From Mytilus galloprovincialis (lineage: Eukaryota), in assembly GCF_965363235.1 (NCBI RefSeq), contig NC_134842.1:20093521-20157520 (forward strand): a stretch of DNA of 64,000 bases, in the 5' to 3' direction. Made by a program: the position numbers and the translations under genes. How positions within the stretch are numbered: position 1 is the first letter of the stretch; the number at the start of each line of letters is the position of its first letter. The notes below the pieces were generated by a model. It made no database searches, had not been told where the DNA came from, and worked only from the letters and a program-made list of their open reading frames with translations. This document shows, piece by piece, positions 1-11,500 of the stretch.

Positions 1-1514
1 ACAAATCACAAAAGCTCAAAGGATTAAAAGGATTAGCATCAGATATGAGTATTCATGGTCCATGCATATCAAGCAAGCATGAGAACTATGATTTTGCAAG
101 CTGTATAAAATGTGATCAGTGGGTATCTCAAGCCCAACCATGGATCTCAAGATCACGTTTGATATGGCCTTCACCTGAACTTATTTCAAACATAACTTCA
201 TGCGGTACTTTATTTGTTCCAATCGGTAATAAGGGATCTACAAATGAGAATCTTCAGTGGCGAATATCATTTTCTGTTGCAGAGAAGATACTGATATATT
301 CTTTCAGTCATACCCAGCTACTATGCTATGCTTTGATAAAGATAGTATTGACAGAAATAGTGAACAGAGAGGAAGATATACAAGGTTTATTGTGTTCATA
401 CTTTCTGAAGACCCTGATGTTTTGGATGTCAGAAGAAATTGAAATATCAGTCTGGAGACCCGACAATATCATTCCCTGTTTTATGGCCTGTTTAAAAAGG
501 TTACTATACTGTATAGAATATTCAACGTTGTTACATTATTTCATTCCTGATAACAACTTGTTCTATTTAAGGTTTAACAGTAAACAGGAGAGCACATTAA
601 TCAACTTCCTAAAACAATCATACCAAAAAGGAATTGAAATTTTCTCATCATCTCAGACTTTACAGGATTACAGAAGATTTCCATGTGAAACTACAAGATC
701 AATGTGTGAAATAACTGTATTAATGCAAATAATTATAGAGAAGATACAGTCACCTTTTCCAAATACCTTACGCATATTGAACACTTTGCTGCATCATTGT
801 AAAACTGATTTATCCAAGGTTATCTTTCAACTGTCAACTGCAAGGGCATATCAAACAGTACCGTTTGGACTACCACATGTAAATAACCCAAGCAATAAGC
901 AGCAATACAAGCTCTACAAACGTGACATGAGCCAGTTGTTGGTTGGTGTACAGTCAGATGCAGTATCAGGATGGCTGCAATTGGCTTCTTTCTTCTATGG
1001 TCACAAAAACTATTTAACATCAACAGATATAATCGATTATACTTTGTCAAAATGTACAGATGAAGCAAGATTGTCAAAGATTTCACTGAAACAGACCAAG
1101 ACACCGAAGCTTATATCACTAGTTAAGAACATACCATCTCGATATTTCGTATTCCACAAGTTTAGATTAAATTCAGTTTTCCCAATGGAACTAAAGTGTC
1201 CTCATGCCTTCAATCCATTGGCCTCAATTAGTTCTCAACCATTTGCACATTTCCTCCGGTTTTTGTGTTGTTACCACCTCCATGACTTTGAATCATGTCA
1301 GTATTGTATAAACAAGTTATTAGAAACAGTTCGTAATTACATTCCATCAAGAGAACGGTATATAGATGTACATGCATATAATTTAATATTACTAGGAATA
1401 GCTTTTCAGATGTTAGGTGACAGAGATTCAGCAAGGAAATATTTTCATATGGCTGCGTATTATGATGAACATAACTTTACATGTGCTGCAATCAGATTGC
1501 ATCAGTTTTGCTGA
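1..1514 (+). CDS. Mab-21 domain / cGAS-like receptor (cGLR) family protein, copy 1. This is the C-terminal roughly 500 aa; the 5' part, presumably the NTase core, lies upstream of the window.
   Basis: The frame is open from window base 3 to the TGA at 1512-1514. The product contains 'LIWPSPE...FVPIGNKGSTNENLQWRISFSVAEKILI', which matches the cGAS/Mab-21 signature recalled from memory ('SWPASTQEGL...YLVPKHAKEG...ETWRLSFSHIEKEIL'). Near the start, 'NYDFASCIKC' resembles the segment around the third catalytic acidic residue ('VDITLALE' in cGAS, 'ITPAFKC' in MAB21L1). The whole copy is collinear with the paralogue at 30239-32907. Confidence 0.75.
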   Translation, partial: KSQKLKGLKGLASDMSIHGPCISSKHENYDFASCIKCDQWVSQAQPWISRSRLIWPSPELISNITSCGTLFVPIGNKGSTNENLQWRISFSVAEKILIYSFSHTQLLCYALIKIVLTEIVNREEDIQGLLCSYFLKTLMFWMSEEIEISVWRPDNIIPCFMACLKRLLYCIEYSTLLHYFIPDNNLFYLRFNSKQESTLINFLKQSYQKGIEIFSSSQTLQDYRRFPCETTRSMCEITVLMQIIIEKIQSPFPNTLRILNTLLHHCKTDLSKVIFQLSTARAYQTVPFGLPHVNNPSNKQQYKLYKRDMSQLLVGVQSDAVSGWLQLASFFYGHKNYLTSTDIIDYTLSKCTDEARLSKISLKQTKTPKLISLVKNIPSRYFVFHKFRLNSVFPMELKCPHAFNPLASISSQPFAHFLRFLCCYHLHDFESCQYCINKLLETVRNYIPSRERYIDVHAYNLILLGIAFQMLGDRDSARKYFHMAAYYDEHNFTCAAIRLHQFC

Positions 1515-2927
1515 GGTCTGAATTAACACAAAACAGAGTCATTGTTAACACAAGACATACAATTGAGTGCATCCCAATATTTTCATAATGTTTCTTATCA
1601 ATAAGATCTAACTGATATGGTGATACAAACTTTTAAAGTAAAACTCCTTGTACTAAAATCTTAAAATGAAATTCAAATATTCCCTGAAATCACACAAAAC
1701 AAGCAATGAATAGTTGAACACTGGTGTTGACAATAGGCTTCATAGTAATAACTTTGTTTGCAATCTTAATAATGCATAACTGATGCCATTAATTGTTCAA
1801 GTCAAATTATTTTACAAATGACAAAATGTTTTGAGGACAAGCTTTTGTACAGTCATTTTCTATGCGGTACATATATGAATTCCCCCTTAAAAAATATTGG
1901 ATTTCCAATTATTTAAGCCTTGCGCCAAATTTGTACGAAAAAGACATTACTTGTTAAAATATCCATCTGTGGCATCCAAATTGATACATGTTGATATAGA
2001 ATGTATAGACTGTTTCGTGAATTAGCAAAATTTAAACATATACTGGATATTCATCTGTATGATAAGAGCTGTAATTATAAAAATAGAAATGTTTAATGCC
2101 TTGTAAAATTCTGTTATTAACAGATATTCATCAATAAACATGCTGCTATAGTCGGGAATCTTTAATGAAGAAAGGTCTACGGTTGTGATGACACTTTGGT
2201 GTCAGTAACATATTGAATTTGACATATTTGACCATTTTGCACCCAAATTTTGGACCAGATAAAATCCAGGGTTTAAGACCGAGAAACATATTTGACAAAT
2301 ATTAACATCTTTGTAAAATGCATCTAGTAGCAAAGTATATGTTAAGCTAAAGCCTTGGTTAATACAATAAGATAAATGAGATTTCAAAACGAGCTAGGCT
2401 ATATTTGAAAATATGACAATTTAAGTTTTGAACCAAAAATACTTTGCGTGACACAATATTATACTTTATAGCAATACTGATGTTTGACAGACTAAAGTTT
2501 AAATAATGTTAAACTAAATCTTTTTTTGGGTGAGTTTTAATACTTCTTAATTTTCGATTTGAAGGGGTAGATAAAGTGGTCATGACCTTCTCATAATTTT
2601 GTTATATAACGAAATAACCATGCTATCGTCATGGTACACAATGATACAGGGAGATAACCTTGTAAAAATCAGCTAAACATTTTAATCCTGTTTTATTGTT
2701 TGTAAAATATCAATCTTCGCAATGATCAGAAATGGTGTTTGTCAAACTCACCATAAATCCAATGAAAATTTTTTCAATAAAGTGTGAGGTTCAATTTTTT
2801 AATTTTATTTTTGTCAAACAGTCCGAGTAAATATTTCGTCAAAATTTTATGATATTAAACAAGCCAAATTATTTGATTCAAGGTGTTCGGTACCAATTTA
2901 AAGTCAATCAATCATTTAACTTTACAG

Positions 2928-3640
2928 TTAATAATTATATTCTACAAAAAGAGGGACGAAAGATACCAAAGGGACAGTCAAACTTATAAATCTAAAACAA
3001 ACTGACAACGCCATGGCTAAAAATGAAAAAGACAAATAGAAAAACAATAGGACACATGACACAACATAGAAAACTAAAGAATAAACAACACGAACCCCAC
3101 CAAAAACTAGGGGTGATCTCAGGTGCCCCGGAAGGGTAAGCGGATTCTGTTCCACATGTGGCACCCGTCGTGTTGCTTATGTGATTACAAATCCGGTAAA
3201 TAGTCTAATTCGGTAGGTAACATTTATGAAAGGGAAGGGGATTGTAGTTACGACGTAAGGAACATATCCGATATCATTTGTGAAACGGTTATTCCATAAC
3301 GATCAACCAACTCGTGATGGCGTCCGTAAAATTTACGAAGGGATGATTTCAACTTCACCATTTGGAACTCTTGGTTTAATAGCTTCCTTGTGAGCAGTAA
3401 CCCTCTATCAAGAAAATCATGATAGGAAATGCAAGCACGGGAATATCGTATCAATTGGGAGATATCTACCCCGTATGCAGGAGCTGCTGGAATGTTGCTA
3501 CTTAGAAATGGGAAGTTCACAATTGGAAAGCTGAAATCATCTCTTTTGTCGTAAAGTTTTGTTTTCAACCGACCCTCATTGTCAATTTCTAGATGTAAGT
3601 CAAGATATGAAGCCAATGATGTACATTGTATAGTTTTATA
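2928..3640 (-). mobile_element. 5'-truncated non-LTR retroelement copy: C-terminal RT region plus ~320-bp 3' UTR, inserted in the 3' flank of cGLR copy 1.
   Basis: ORF 3248-3649(-) reads 'YLDLHLEIDNEGRLKTKLYDKRDDFSFPIVNFPFLSSNIPAAPAYGVDISQLIRYSRAC...', a paralogue of the C-terminal part of the RT ORF at 34952-35620. It is nearly identical to 25483-26235 on the opposite strand. The orthologous empty site is at ~34040 in the paralogous flank. Confidence 0.8.
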
Positions 3641-3769
3641 ATCAATCAATCATTTCACTTCACAGCATGTTTAATATGCCTTTAACTACTGAAATATTTT
3701 AACTACCAAATGAGGAAGTACATGTAATAGTATATAGATGTATTCTGAGAGAATCCATGACAAATGGCC

Positions 3770-6290
3770 CCACTGGCAAATCGCCCCACACCTAATTGTA
3801 ATTGCCCTCATGCTGAGCCGGATATACACAAGCTTGCACACAAGGTAATAGTCTGCACCAAGGCATATCCTGCTACTCTCTTACTCCTAAACGCGGCAGT
3901 AGTTGAGAAGATGCATCAATACCCATGAACTACCGCACTTGATATGAGCAACCTACCACGAGGCCACAGAGGAGGCAGTATGACAATGAAAGTTATATAC
4001 ATTGTCATAAAGACTCCAGAATTGACCTTTATCGGGTTTGCACATGTGATGTATAGTCGTTCTTTAACTTTGTTTCACATTAATAATGGGTTACCTTTAG
4101 TATGATAGATATGTGTTTGTGCTTATTTCAATTACCTTATGCGGATATGATGGTTTCCCTTATTCTTATTCCCTGTATCCCTTTCCTAACCTGTTGTTTA
4201 TTTTTTATTTAATCAACATATGGTTCGATTTATCTCAGTTCTTCATTGGTCAAAATTTTATTATGACGTCTCATAAAAAAAGGCAACCATGTCTGAGACG
4301 TCACGTTAAAAGAACACATCATTTTGCAGGTCGAAAAGAAGGATTAAGATTGTTTGCGTATCGTCTAAAAGCATTAGAGAAACAGATTCCACCACCAAAT
4401 CTCATGTGATATGATACTTATCCAATCTCGACAGTTAAATTTTAAATATTTTTCCTTGATGTTTTGGATGTGTAAAATGAACTGCTGACTCACAAACTCA
4501 ACTGAATTTTGTAGTTTGGTATTTTTGTTACTGGTTTTTGTATTCAATTTAATATTGACCATGAATTAACAAAATACAAAATTCATATTGAATAAAACAA
4601 TAATTTATCGCATATGTTTTTTGAGAGTTTCTGTAAAATTGAGAAAGGAAATGGTGAATATGTCAAAGCGACAACCACCCGACCATAGAGCAAACAACAG
4701 CCGAAGGCAACCAATGGGTCTTCAATGTAGCGAGAATTCCCGCACCCGTAGGTGTCCTTCAGCTGGCCCCTAAAATATGCATAATAGTACAGTGATAATG
4801 GACGTCATACTAAACTCCGAATTATACACAAGAAACTAAAATTTAAAATCATACAAGACTAACAAAGGCCAGAGGCTCCTGACTTGGGACAGGCGCAAAA
4901 TTGCGGCGGGGTTAAACATGTTTATGAGATCTCAACCCTCCCCCTATACCTCTAGCCAATGTAGAAAAGTAAAACAATAACAATACGCACATTAAAATTC
5001 AGTTCAAGAGAAGTCCGAGTCTGATGTCAAAAGATGTAACAAAAGAAAATAAATAAAATGACAATAATACATAAATAACAACAGACTACTAGCAGTTAAC
5101 TGACATGCCAGCTCCAGACCTCAATTAAACTGATTGAAAGATTATGTCTTCATTCTGTACCGGTCTCTGTCTAACGGAGCTATCATTGAAGTTCTGCTTC
5201 AATTCAGTTATGAATAATTTGCAAACAACAAGTGGGTATGTACATAAAACATAAAGTACGTCGAAATCTTACACGACTATTTTTTTTCAAATGTTTTAAA
5301 ATGTAAGGTAAAGTAATTTTGACCAGATTAAGGATTTATAAAAGGAGAGGAGAAAAAAAGTCAAGTGAAATGTTTGTGGTGTGTTCATCTTGTACATGTA
5401 ACTCTGTCTCCTAGATCTTTTTTGGAATATTGACAACTGTTATAGTTGATTAATGTAAAAACTGAAAACTGTGTAGTTATAAACTAGAGCCTGTGTCGCC
5501 CATCTGATATTTTTTTTTACAATTGATGCATGAAATAATGCAACCGCTGTACTTTTGCTTTAGTTTTAGAGATATAAGACACAAACTGCATGTTTCCCCT
5601 ATATTCTATTTTAGTCATGTTGGTAGGCAGACAGGGTCATTGAACACATTTTTCAAACTAGTTACCCTGATGCGTATTGTGGTCAAGTTTGGTTAAACCT
5701 GTCTCAGTTGTAAAAGAATTTGTTACAAACATTTGCGATTTTTTTTTAAATTTGACATTAAAGTGCAGTAACTTCTTATTAGGTCAAATGATCATTTTGG
5801 TAATTTGAACTATTTGAAGATCTTATTTTGCTGAAAATTATTGCTGTTTACAAATCTTCTCTATCTATAATAATATTACAATTACATTGTCATTGTATAA
5901 CCAAACTCTGCAAAATGTTCTTAAAATTACTTGTTTTGGGGCAGCAACCCACGAAAGGGTCGTCCGATTTGTCTGAAATTTCAGGGCAGAAATATCATGA
6001 CCTGACTAACAATTCAACCCTATTCAAATGCTTTGTTTTGAGAGATATAAACCATAATTTTCAATTTAAAAAAAAGTTCTATTTAAAGCCATGGCGGCCA
6101 TCTTAGTTGATTGGCTGGGTCATCGGACATATTTTAAACTAGATACCCAAATGATGATTGTGGCTAAGTTAGGTTAAATATGGCCCAGATGATTCAGAGA
6201 AGAGTTTTTTAAAAGTTGACGACGACGGACGCTGATGAAAAAACCTCAATAAGCCCTTTGGACCGGGAGAGCTAAAAAGAGAGCATTATC
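3770..6290 (+). repeat. Composite dispersed repeat 'Rep-B', copy I (~2 kb after removing the insertion at 4640-5150). It ends in ~540-bp sub-units with a (GACGAC)n tail.
   Basis: Collinear with 39590-40290 plus 43000-44995 (copy II) and with 51230-51540 (partial copy III). Examples: 3840-4100 vs 39790-40000; 4280-4500 vs 40110-40290; 4500-4640 vs 43000-43140; 5150-5700 vs 43140-43900; 5700-6290 vs 44440-44995. Confidence 0.65.
4640..5150 (-). mobile_element. Retroelement 3'-tail fragment (possibly SINE-like), inserted into the composite repeat 3770-6290.
   Basis: Reverse complement of 28540-29000 and 35880-36370. It is absent from the homologous position at 43140 in the other copy of the composite repeat. 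Confidence 0.6.
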
Positions 6291-7379
6291 TTAGTCAAAG
6301 TCTTTGTTAAAATAACATTTGTAAACCAAACACTGTGTATTCCGAATTCCGGTCTAATGATGGGTCCCAATACTCTTAATTACATCAATTATAACCTGTC
6401 AAAACCGGATTGTCTAATTAATTTTAAATAATAACAGTATTGTTTGATATGCAATGAAAACATATTTTTCAGGATAAATAATTAGACAGGGGTTAAACCG
6501 TGAACTTAAACATGGTATTAGTGAGCTGTTCTAGTGAAACAATGTGTCAATTACACTGAAAGGCACGCCGAATATATCTCGGATAGAACTTGCCTTGTAA
6601 CTTGGATAATATTTTTTAAATCGCAAAGTAACAAATGTTCATCGTGTCTTTCGAACTCCTGGTTCTCTGTTGCGAACCCCTCAACCAATTACCTTGATTA
6701 TTGATGAACACCCGTATGACAACAATCGATGTTGTCGTAGTGTACACTGTACGACAATGTTTCGATTGTGATTAAATTTTGTTTGATAAATGTACTGGCT
6801 TTTTAATCGGTCATACCAATGTTGGAAATTATCGATCATGGTGGTAAAACGAAAATCTTGTGTCACAATCCTAACAATGCGAGTATAATGATGCAAATGC
6901 AAACAACGAAAAGCAAAGTGAAAGTGAAATTGACAAGTCGGAAACTGATGCTACCCAGGTCTAATTGATATACAAGGATATGTAAATCAAGATTAAACTA
7001 ATATTTTTTCTTTAATTCGAGGAACAACCAGTTTCTTGAATTTCTATAGCCAATGAATATGAAGATTCAAAGCAACGATCATACGAACTTATTACGTTAT
7101 TGTGTTTTGTATTTACCAGTTTATAATTTACAATCAGACAGAATCTTCATATGCAACATATCGGACGTCACAAGTCATTCACTTCCGGTAAATACGGAAA
7201 TCTGAATAAACTAGCTCAGTGTCCGAAACGGCCTTTTTTATAGTCCCGTTGCCGGCCAGTTTATACAGGTTTTACTGTATATTAAGGGCTTATATTGGTT
7301 GGTTTCACTTTATATAACAAGGAGGTCTCAATAGTCTGAATCGCTCACCTTGATTTTTTGGCATTTATCTTTCGTTTAA

Positions 7380-8440
7380 GAGTCTTAGTGTCCAATTTCA
7401 TATTAGTTTGTTTTTCAAACAAATTGTGTAAATTTGTCCTTTAAAGGGCAATCACTCTTTAAGGAGTCAATTGACAATCTTGGTCATATGAACTTATTTG
7501 TAGATCTAACTTTACTGAACATATTTGCTGTTAACAGCTTATCTTTATCATTAAAACTATTCAAGATAATATCCAAACACTGCAAAATTTCCTAAAAATT
7601 ACCAATTTAGTGGCAGTAACCCAACAATGGGTTATTAAATTCATCTAAAAATTTCAGGGGTGATAGAACTTTACCTCATGCACACTTTAACCTAATGTCA
7701 GATTTGCTCTAACTGCTTTGGTTTTTGAAATATAAGCAAAACTGTTTACCCCTATGAACTATTTTTAGTCATGGCGGCCATATCTATCGACGAAACAAAA
7801 AATAAAACACAAACTATATTCTAGACATCCTAAGGATCATTCAGCTTAAGTTTGGTTGGAATTGTTTCAGTGGTTTCAGAAAAGAAGATTTTTTAAAGTT
7901 GGAAAACATAATAAACAGATTGTGTAAAAATGTCCTAAAAGGGCAATAACTCTTTAAGGGATCAATTGACACGTTTGGTCATATAAAAACTTATTTATAG
8001 ATCTTACTTTGTTGAACATATTTGCTGTTTACAGTTTATCTTTATCATTAGAACTATTCAAGATAATAACCAAAAACTACAAAATTTCCTTAAAATTACC
8101 AATTTAGTGGCAACAACCCAACAATGGGTCATAAGATTCATCTGAAAAGTTCAGGGCTGATAGAACTTTACCTTGTGAACACTTTAACTCATGTAAGATT
8201 TGCTCTAACTGCTTTGTTTTTGAGATATAGGCAAAAACTGCATTTTACCCCTATGTTTTATTCTTAGTCATGGCGGCCATGTTTTTTGACGGAACAGAAA
8301 ATAAAACACAAACTTTATTGTAAATACCCTAAGGATCATTCAGCTTAAGTTTGGTTGGAATTATTCGTTTCAGAGGAGAAGATGTGTCAAATAGTTTACA
8401 CAAGACGGACGACGACGTCGACGACAGACGACGACGGACG
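7380..8440 (+). repeat. Two tandem ~530-bp units of the Rep-B terminal sub-repeat family (includes the palindrome 'atggcggccat' and a (GACGAC)n tail).
   Basis: 7440-7900 is nearly identical in arrangement to 7920-8440. It is homologous to 5700-6290 and to 43900-44440 and 44440-44995. Confidence 0.65.
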
Positions 8441-8529
8441 CCAAGTGATGGCTAAAGCTCACAATTCCTTCGGAACGGTGAACTAAAAATGGGCAGTGGA
8501 GATAAATGTCGCTATCAAATCCGTGGAAG

Positions 8530-11500
8530 GGACAGTTTAACTTGTTACGTGAGGTGTAAGCTATTGTTCGAAGTTGATGACTGTGAAATGAAGAACAATA
8601 AAAGCACTGGTTTAGTTTTCTTTGTTTTATCAAGGACATACATGGATTGTGTGTCATGAATTTGAAACACAATATTCCATTTTTATGATAATTAAATATG
8701 TAATTCTTACCTAATGAATAAAATCCTTGTAACTTAAATATGTTATGTATTCAGTGTATGAAAAACCTAACATATTACACAGATCTGGTGTCAAGTTGTA
8801 AATTAAAATACAATAAAAATAATTTTGAAACCTAATATGTTCGAGGATATGGTGTCAAATTTAAAAATTGTCCCTGGAAAAATAAATACAATATATCAAA
8901 TAAATGTGAAATCAAACATGTAACATAAATAGGATGTCATGTTGTAAAATTGTGCCTGTAAAGTCAATTTGCATCTCCATTTCCTGACCTTTCCAAAAAT
9001 GAATATGCATAATATAAAATGTAGTCTGAGGAAAGTGGCTGGCTTTGAAACTAAATGTTGTCTGAAGAGAGTGTCTGGCTTTGATACTAAATGTAGTCTG
9101 AGGAGAGTGGCTGGCTTTGATACTAAATGTAGTCTGAAGAGAGTGGTTAGCTTTGATACTAAATGTAGTCTGTAGAGAGTGGCTGGCTTTGATACTAAAT
9201 GTAGTCTGAAGAGAGTGGCTGGCTTTGATACTAAATGTAGTCTGAAGAGAGTGGCTGGCTTTGATACTAAATGTAGTCTGAGGAGAGTGGCTGGCTTTGA
9301 TACTAAATGTAGTCTGAGGAGAGTGGCTGGCTTTGATACTTAATGTAGTATGAAGAGAGTGGCTAGCTTTGATACTAAATGTAGTCTAAAGAGAGTGGTT
9401 AGCTTTGATACTAAATGTTCTCTGTAGAGAGTGGCTGGCTTTGATACTAAATGTAGTCTGAAGAGAGTGGCTGGATTTGATACTAAATGTAGTCTGAAGA
9501 GAGTGGCTGGCTTTGATACTAAATGTAGTCTGAGGAGAGTGGCTGGCTTTGATACTAAATGTAGTCTGAAGAGAGTGGCTGGCTTTGATACTAAATGTAG
9601 TCTGAGGAGAGTGTCTGGCTTTGATACTAAATGTAGTCTGAGGAGAGTGGCTGGCTTTGATACTAAATGTAGTCTGAAGAGAGTGGTTAGCTTTGATACT
9701 AAATGTAGTCTGTAGAGAGTGTCTGGCTTTGATACTAAATGTAGTCTGAGGAGAGTGGCTGGCTTTGATACTAAATGTAGTCTGAAGAGAGTGGCTGGCT
9801 TTGATACTAAATGTAGTCTGAGGAGAGTGGCTGGCTTTGATACTAAATGTAGTCTGAAGAAAGTGGCTGGCTTTGATACTAAATGTAGTCTGAAGAGAGT
9901 GGTTAGCTTTGATACAAAATGTAGTCTGAGGAGAGTGGCTGGCTTTGATACTAAATGTAGTCTGAGGAGAGTGGCTGGCTTTGATACTAAATGTAGTCTG
10001 AAGAGAGTGGCTAGCTTTGATAATAAATGTTGTCTGAGGAGAGTGGCTGGCTTTGATACTTAATGTAGTATGAAGAGAGTGGCTAGCTTTGATACTAAAT
10101 GTAGTCTGTAGAGAGTGTCTGGCTTTGATGCTAAATGTAGTCTGAGGAGAGTGGCTGGCTTTGATACTAAATGTAGTCTGAAGAGAGTGGCTGGCTTTGA
10201 TACTAAATGTAGTCTGAGGAGAGTGGCTGGCTTTGATACTAAATGTAGTCTGAAAAGAGTGGCTGGCCTTGATACTAAATGTAGTCTGAAGAGAGTGGTT
10301 AGCTTTGATACAAAATGTAGTCTGAGGAGAGTGGCTGGCTTTGATACTAAATGTAGTCTGAGGATAGTGGCTGGCTTTGATACTAAATGTAGTCTGAAGA
10401 GAGTTGCTAGCTTTGATAATAAATGTTGTCTGAGGAGAGTGGCTGGCTTTGATACTTAATGTAGTATGAAGAGAGTGGCTAGCTTTGATACTAAATGTAG
10501 TCTAAAGAGAGTGGTTAGCTTTGATACTAAATGTAGTCTGTAGAGAGTGGCTGGCTTTGATACTAAATGTAGTCTGAAGAGAGTGGCTGGATTTGATACT
10601 AAATGTAGTCTGAAGAGAGTGGCTGGCTTTGATACTAAATGTAGTCTGAGGAGAGTGGCTGGCTTTGATACTAAATGTAGTCTGAAGAGAGTGGCTGGCT
10701 TTGATACTAAATGTAGTCTGAGGAGAGTGTCTGGCTTTGATACTAAATGTAGTCTGAGGAGAGTGGCTGGCTTTGATACTAAATGTAGTCTGAAGAGAGT
10801 GGTTAGCTTTGATACTAAATGTAGTCTGTAGAGAGTGTCTGGCTTTGATGCTAAATGTAGTCGGACGAGAGTGGCTGGCTTTGATACTAAATGTAGTCTG
10901 AAGAGAGTGGCTGGCTTTGATACTAAATGTAGTCTGAGGAGAGTGGCTGGCTTTGATACTAAATGTAGTCTGAAGAAAGTGGCTGGCTTTGATACTAAAT
11001 GTAGTCTGAAGAGAGTGGTTAGCTTTGATACAAAATGTAGTCTGAGGAGAGTGGCTGGCTTTGATACTAAATGTAGTCTGAGGAGAGTGGCTGGCTTTGA
11101 TACTAAATGTAGTCTGAAGAGAGTGGCTAGCTTTGATAATAAATGTTGTCTGAGGAGAGTGGCTGGCTTTGATACTTAATGTAGTATGAAGAGAGTGGCT
11201 AGCTTTGATACTAAATGTAGTCTGAAGAGAGTGGTTAGCTTTGATACAAAATGTAGTCTGAGGAGAGTGGCTGGCTTTGATACGAAATGTAGTCTGAGGA
11301 GAGTGGCTGGCTTTGATACTAAATGTAGTCTGAAGAGAGTGGCTACCTTTGATAATAAATGTTGTCTGAGGAGAGTGGCTGGCTTTGATACTTAATGTAG
11401 TATGAAGAGAGTGGCTAGCTTTGATACTAAATGTAGTCTGAAGAGAGTGGTTAGCTTTGATACAAAATGTAGTCTGAGGAGAGTGGCTGGCTTTGATACG

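Noticed and set aside
4113-4409. A small ORF whose peptide '...RTHHFAGRKEGLRLFAYRLKALEKQIPPPNL' is conserved at 40021-40218.
   Set aside because: Both lie inside copies of the Rep-B dispersed repeat with high nucleotide identity. The conservation reflects repeat copy identity, not selection on a protein.
4588-4773. ORFs 'MVNMSKRQPPDHRANNSRRQPMGLQC...' at 4588-4773 and the similar 46520-46729(-).
   Set aside because: They are read through the reverse complement of the retroelement 3' tail and are repeat-derived, not genes.
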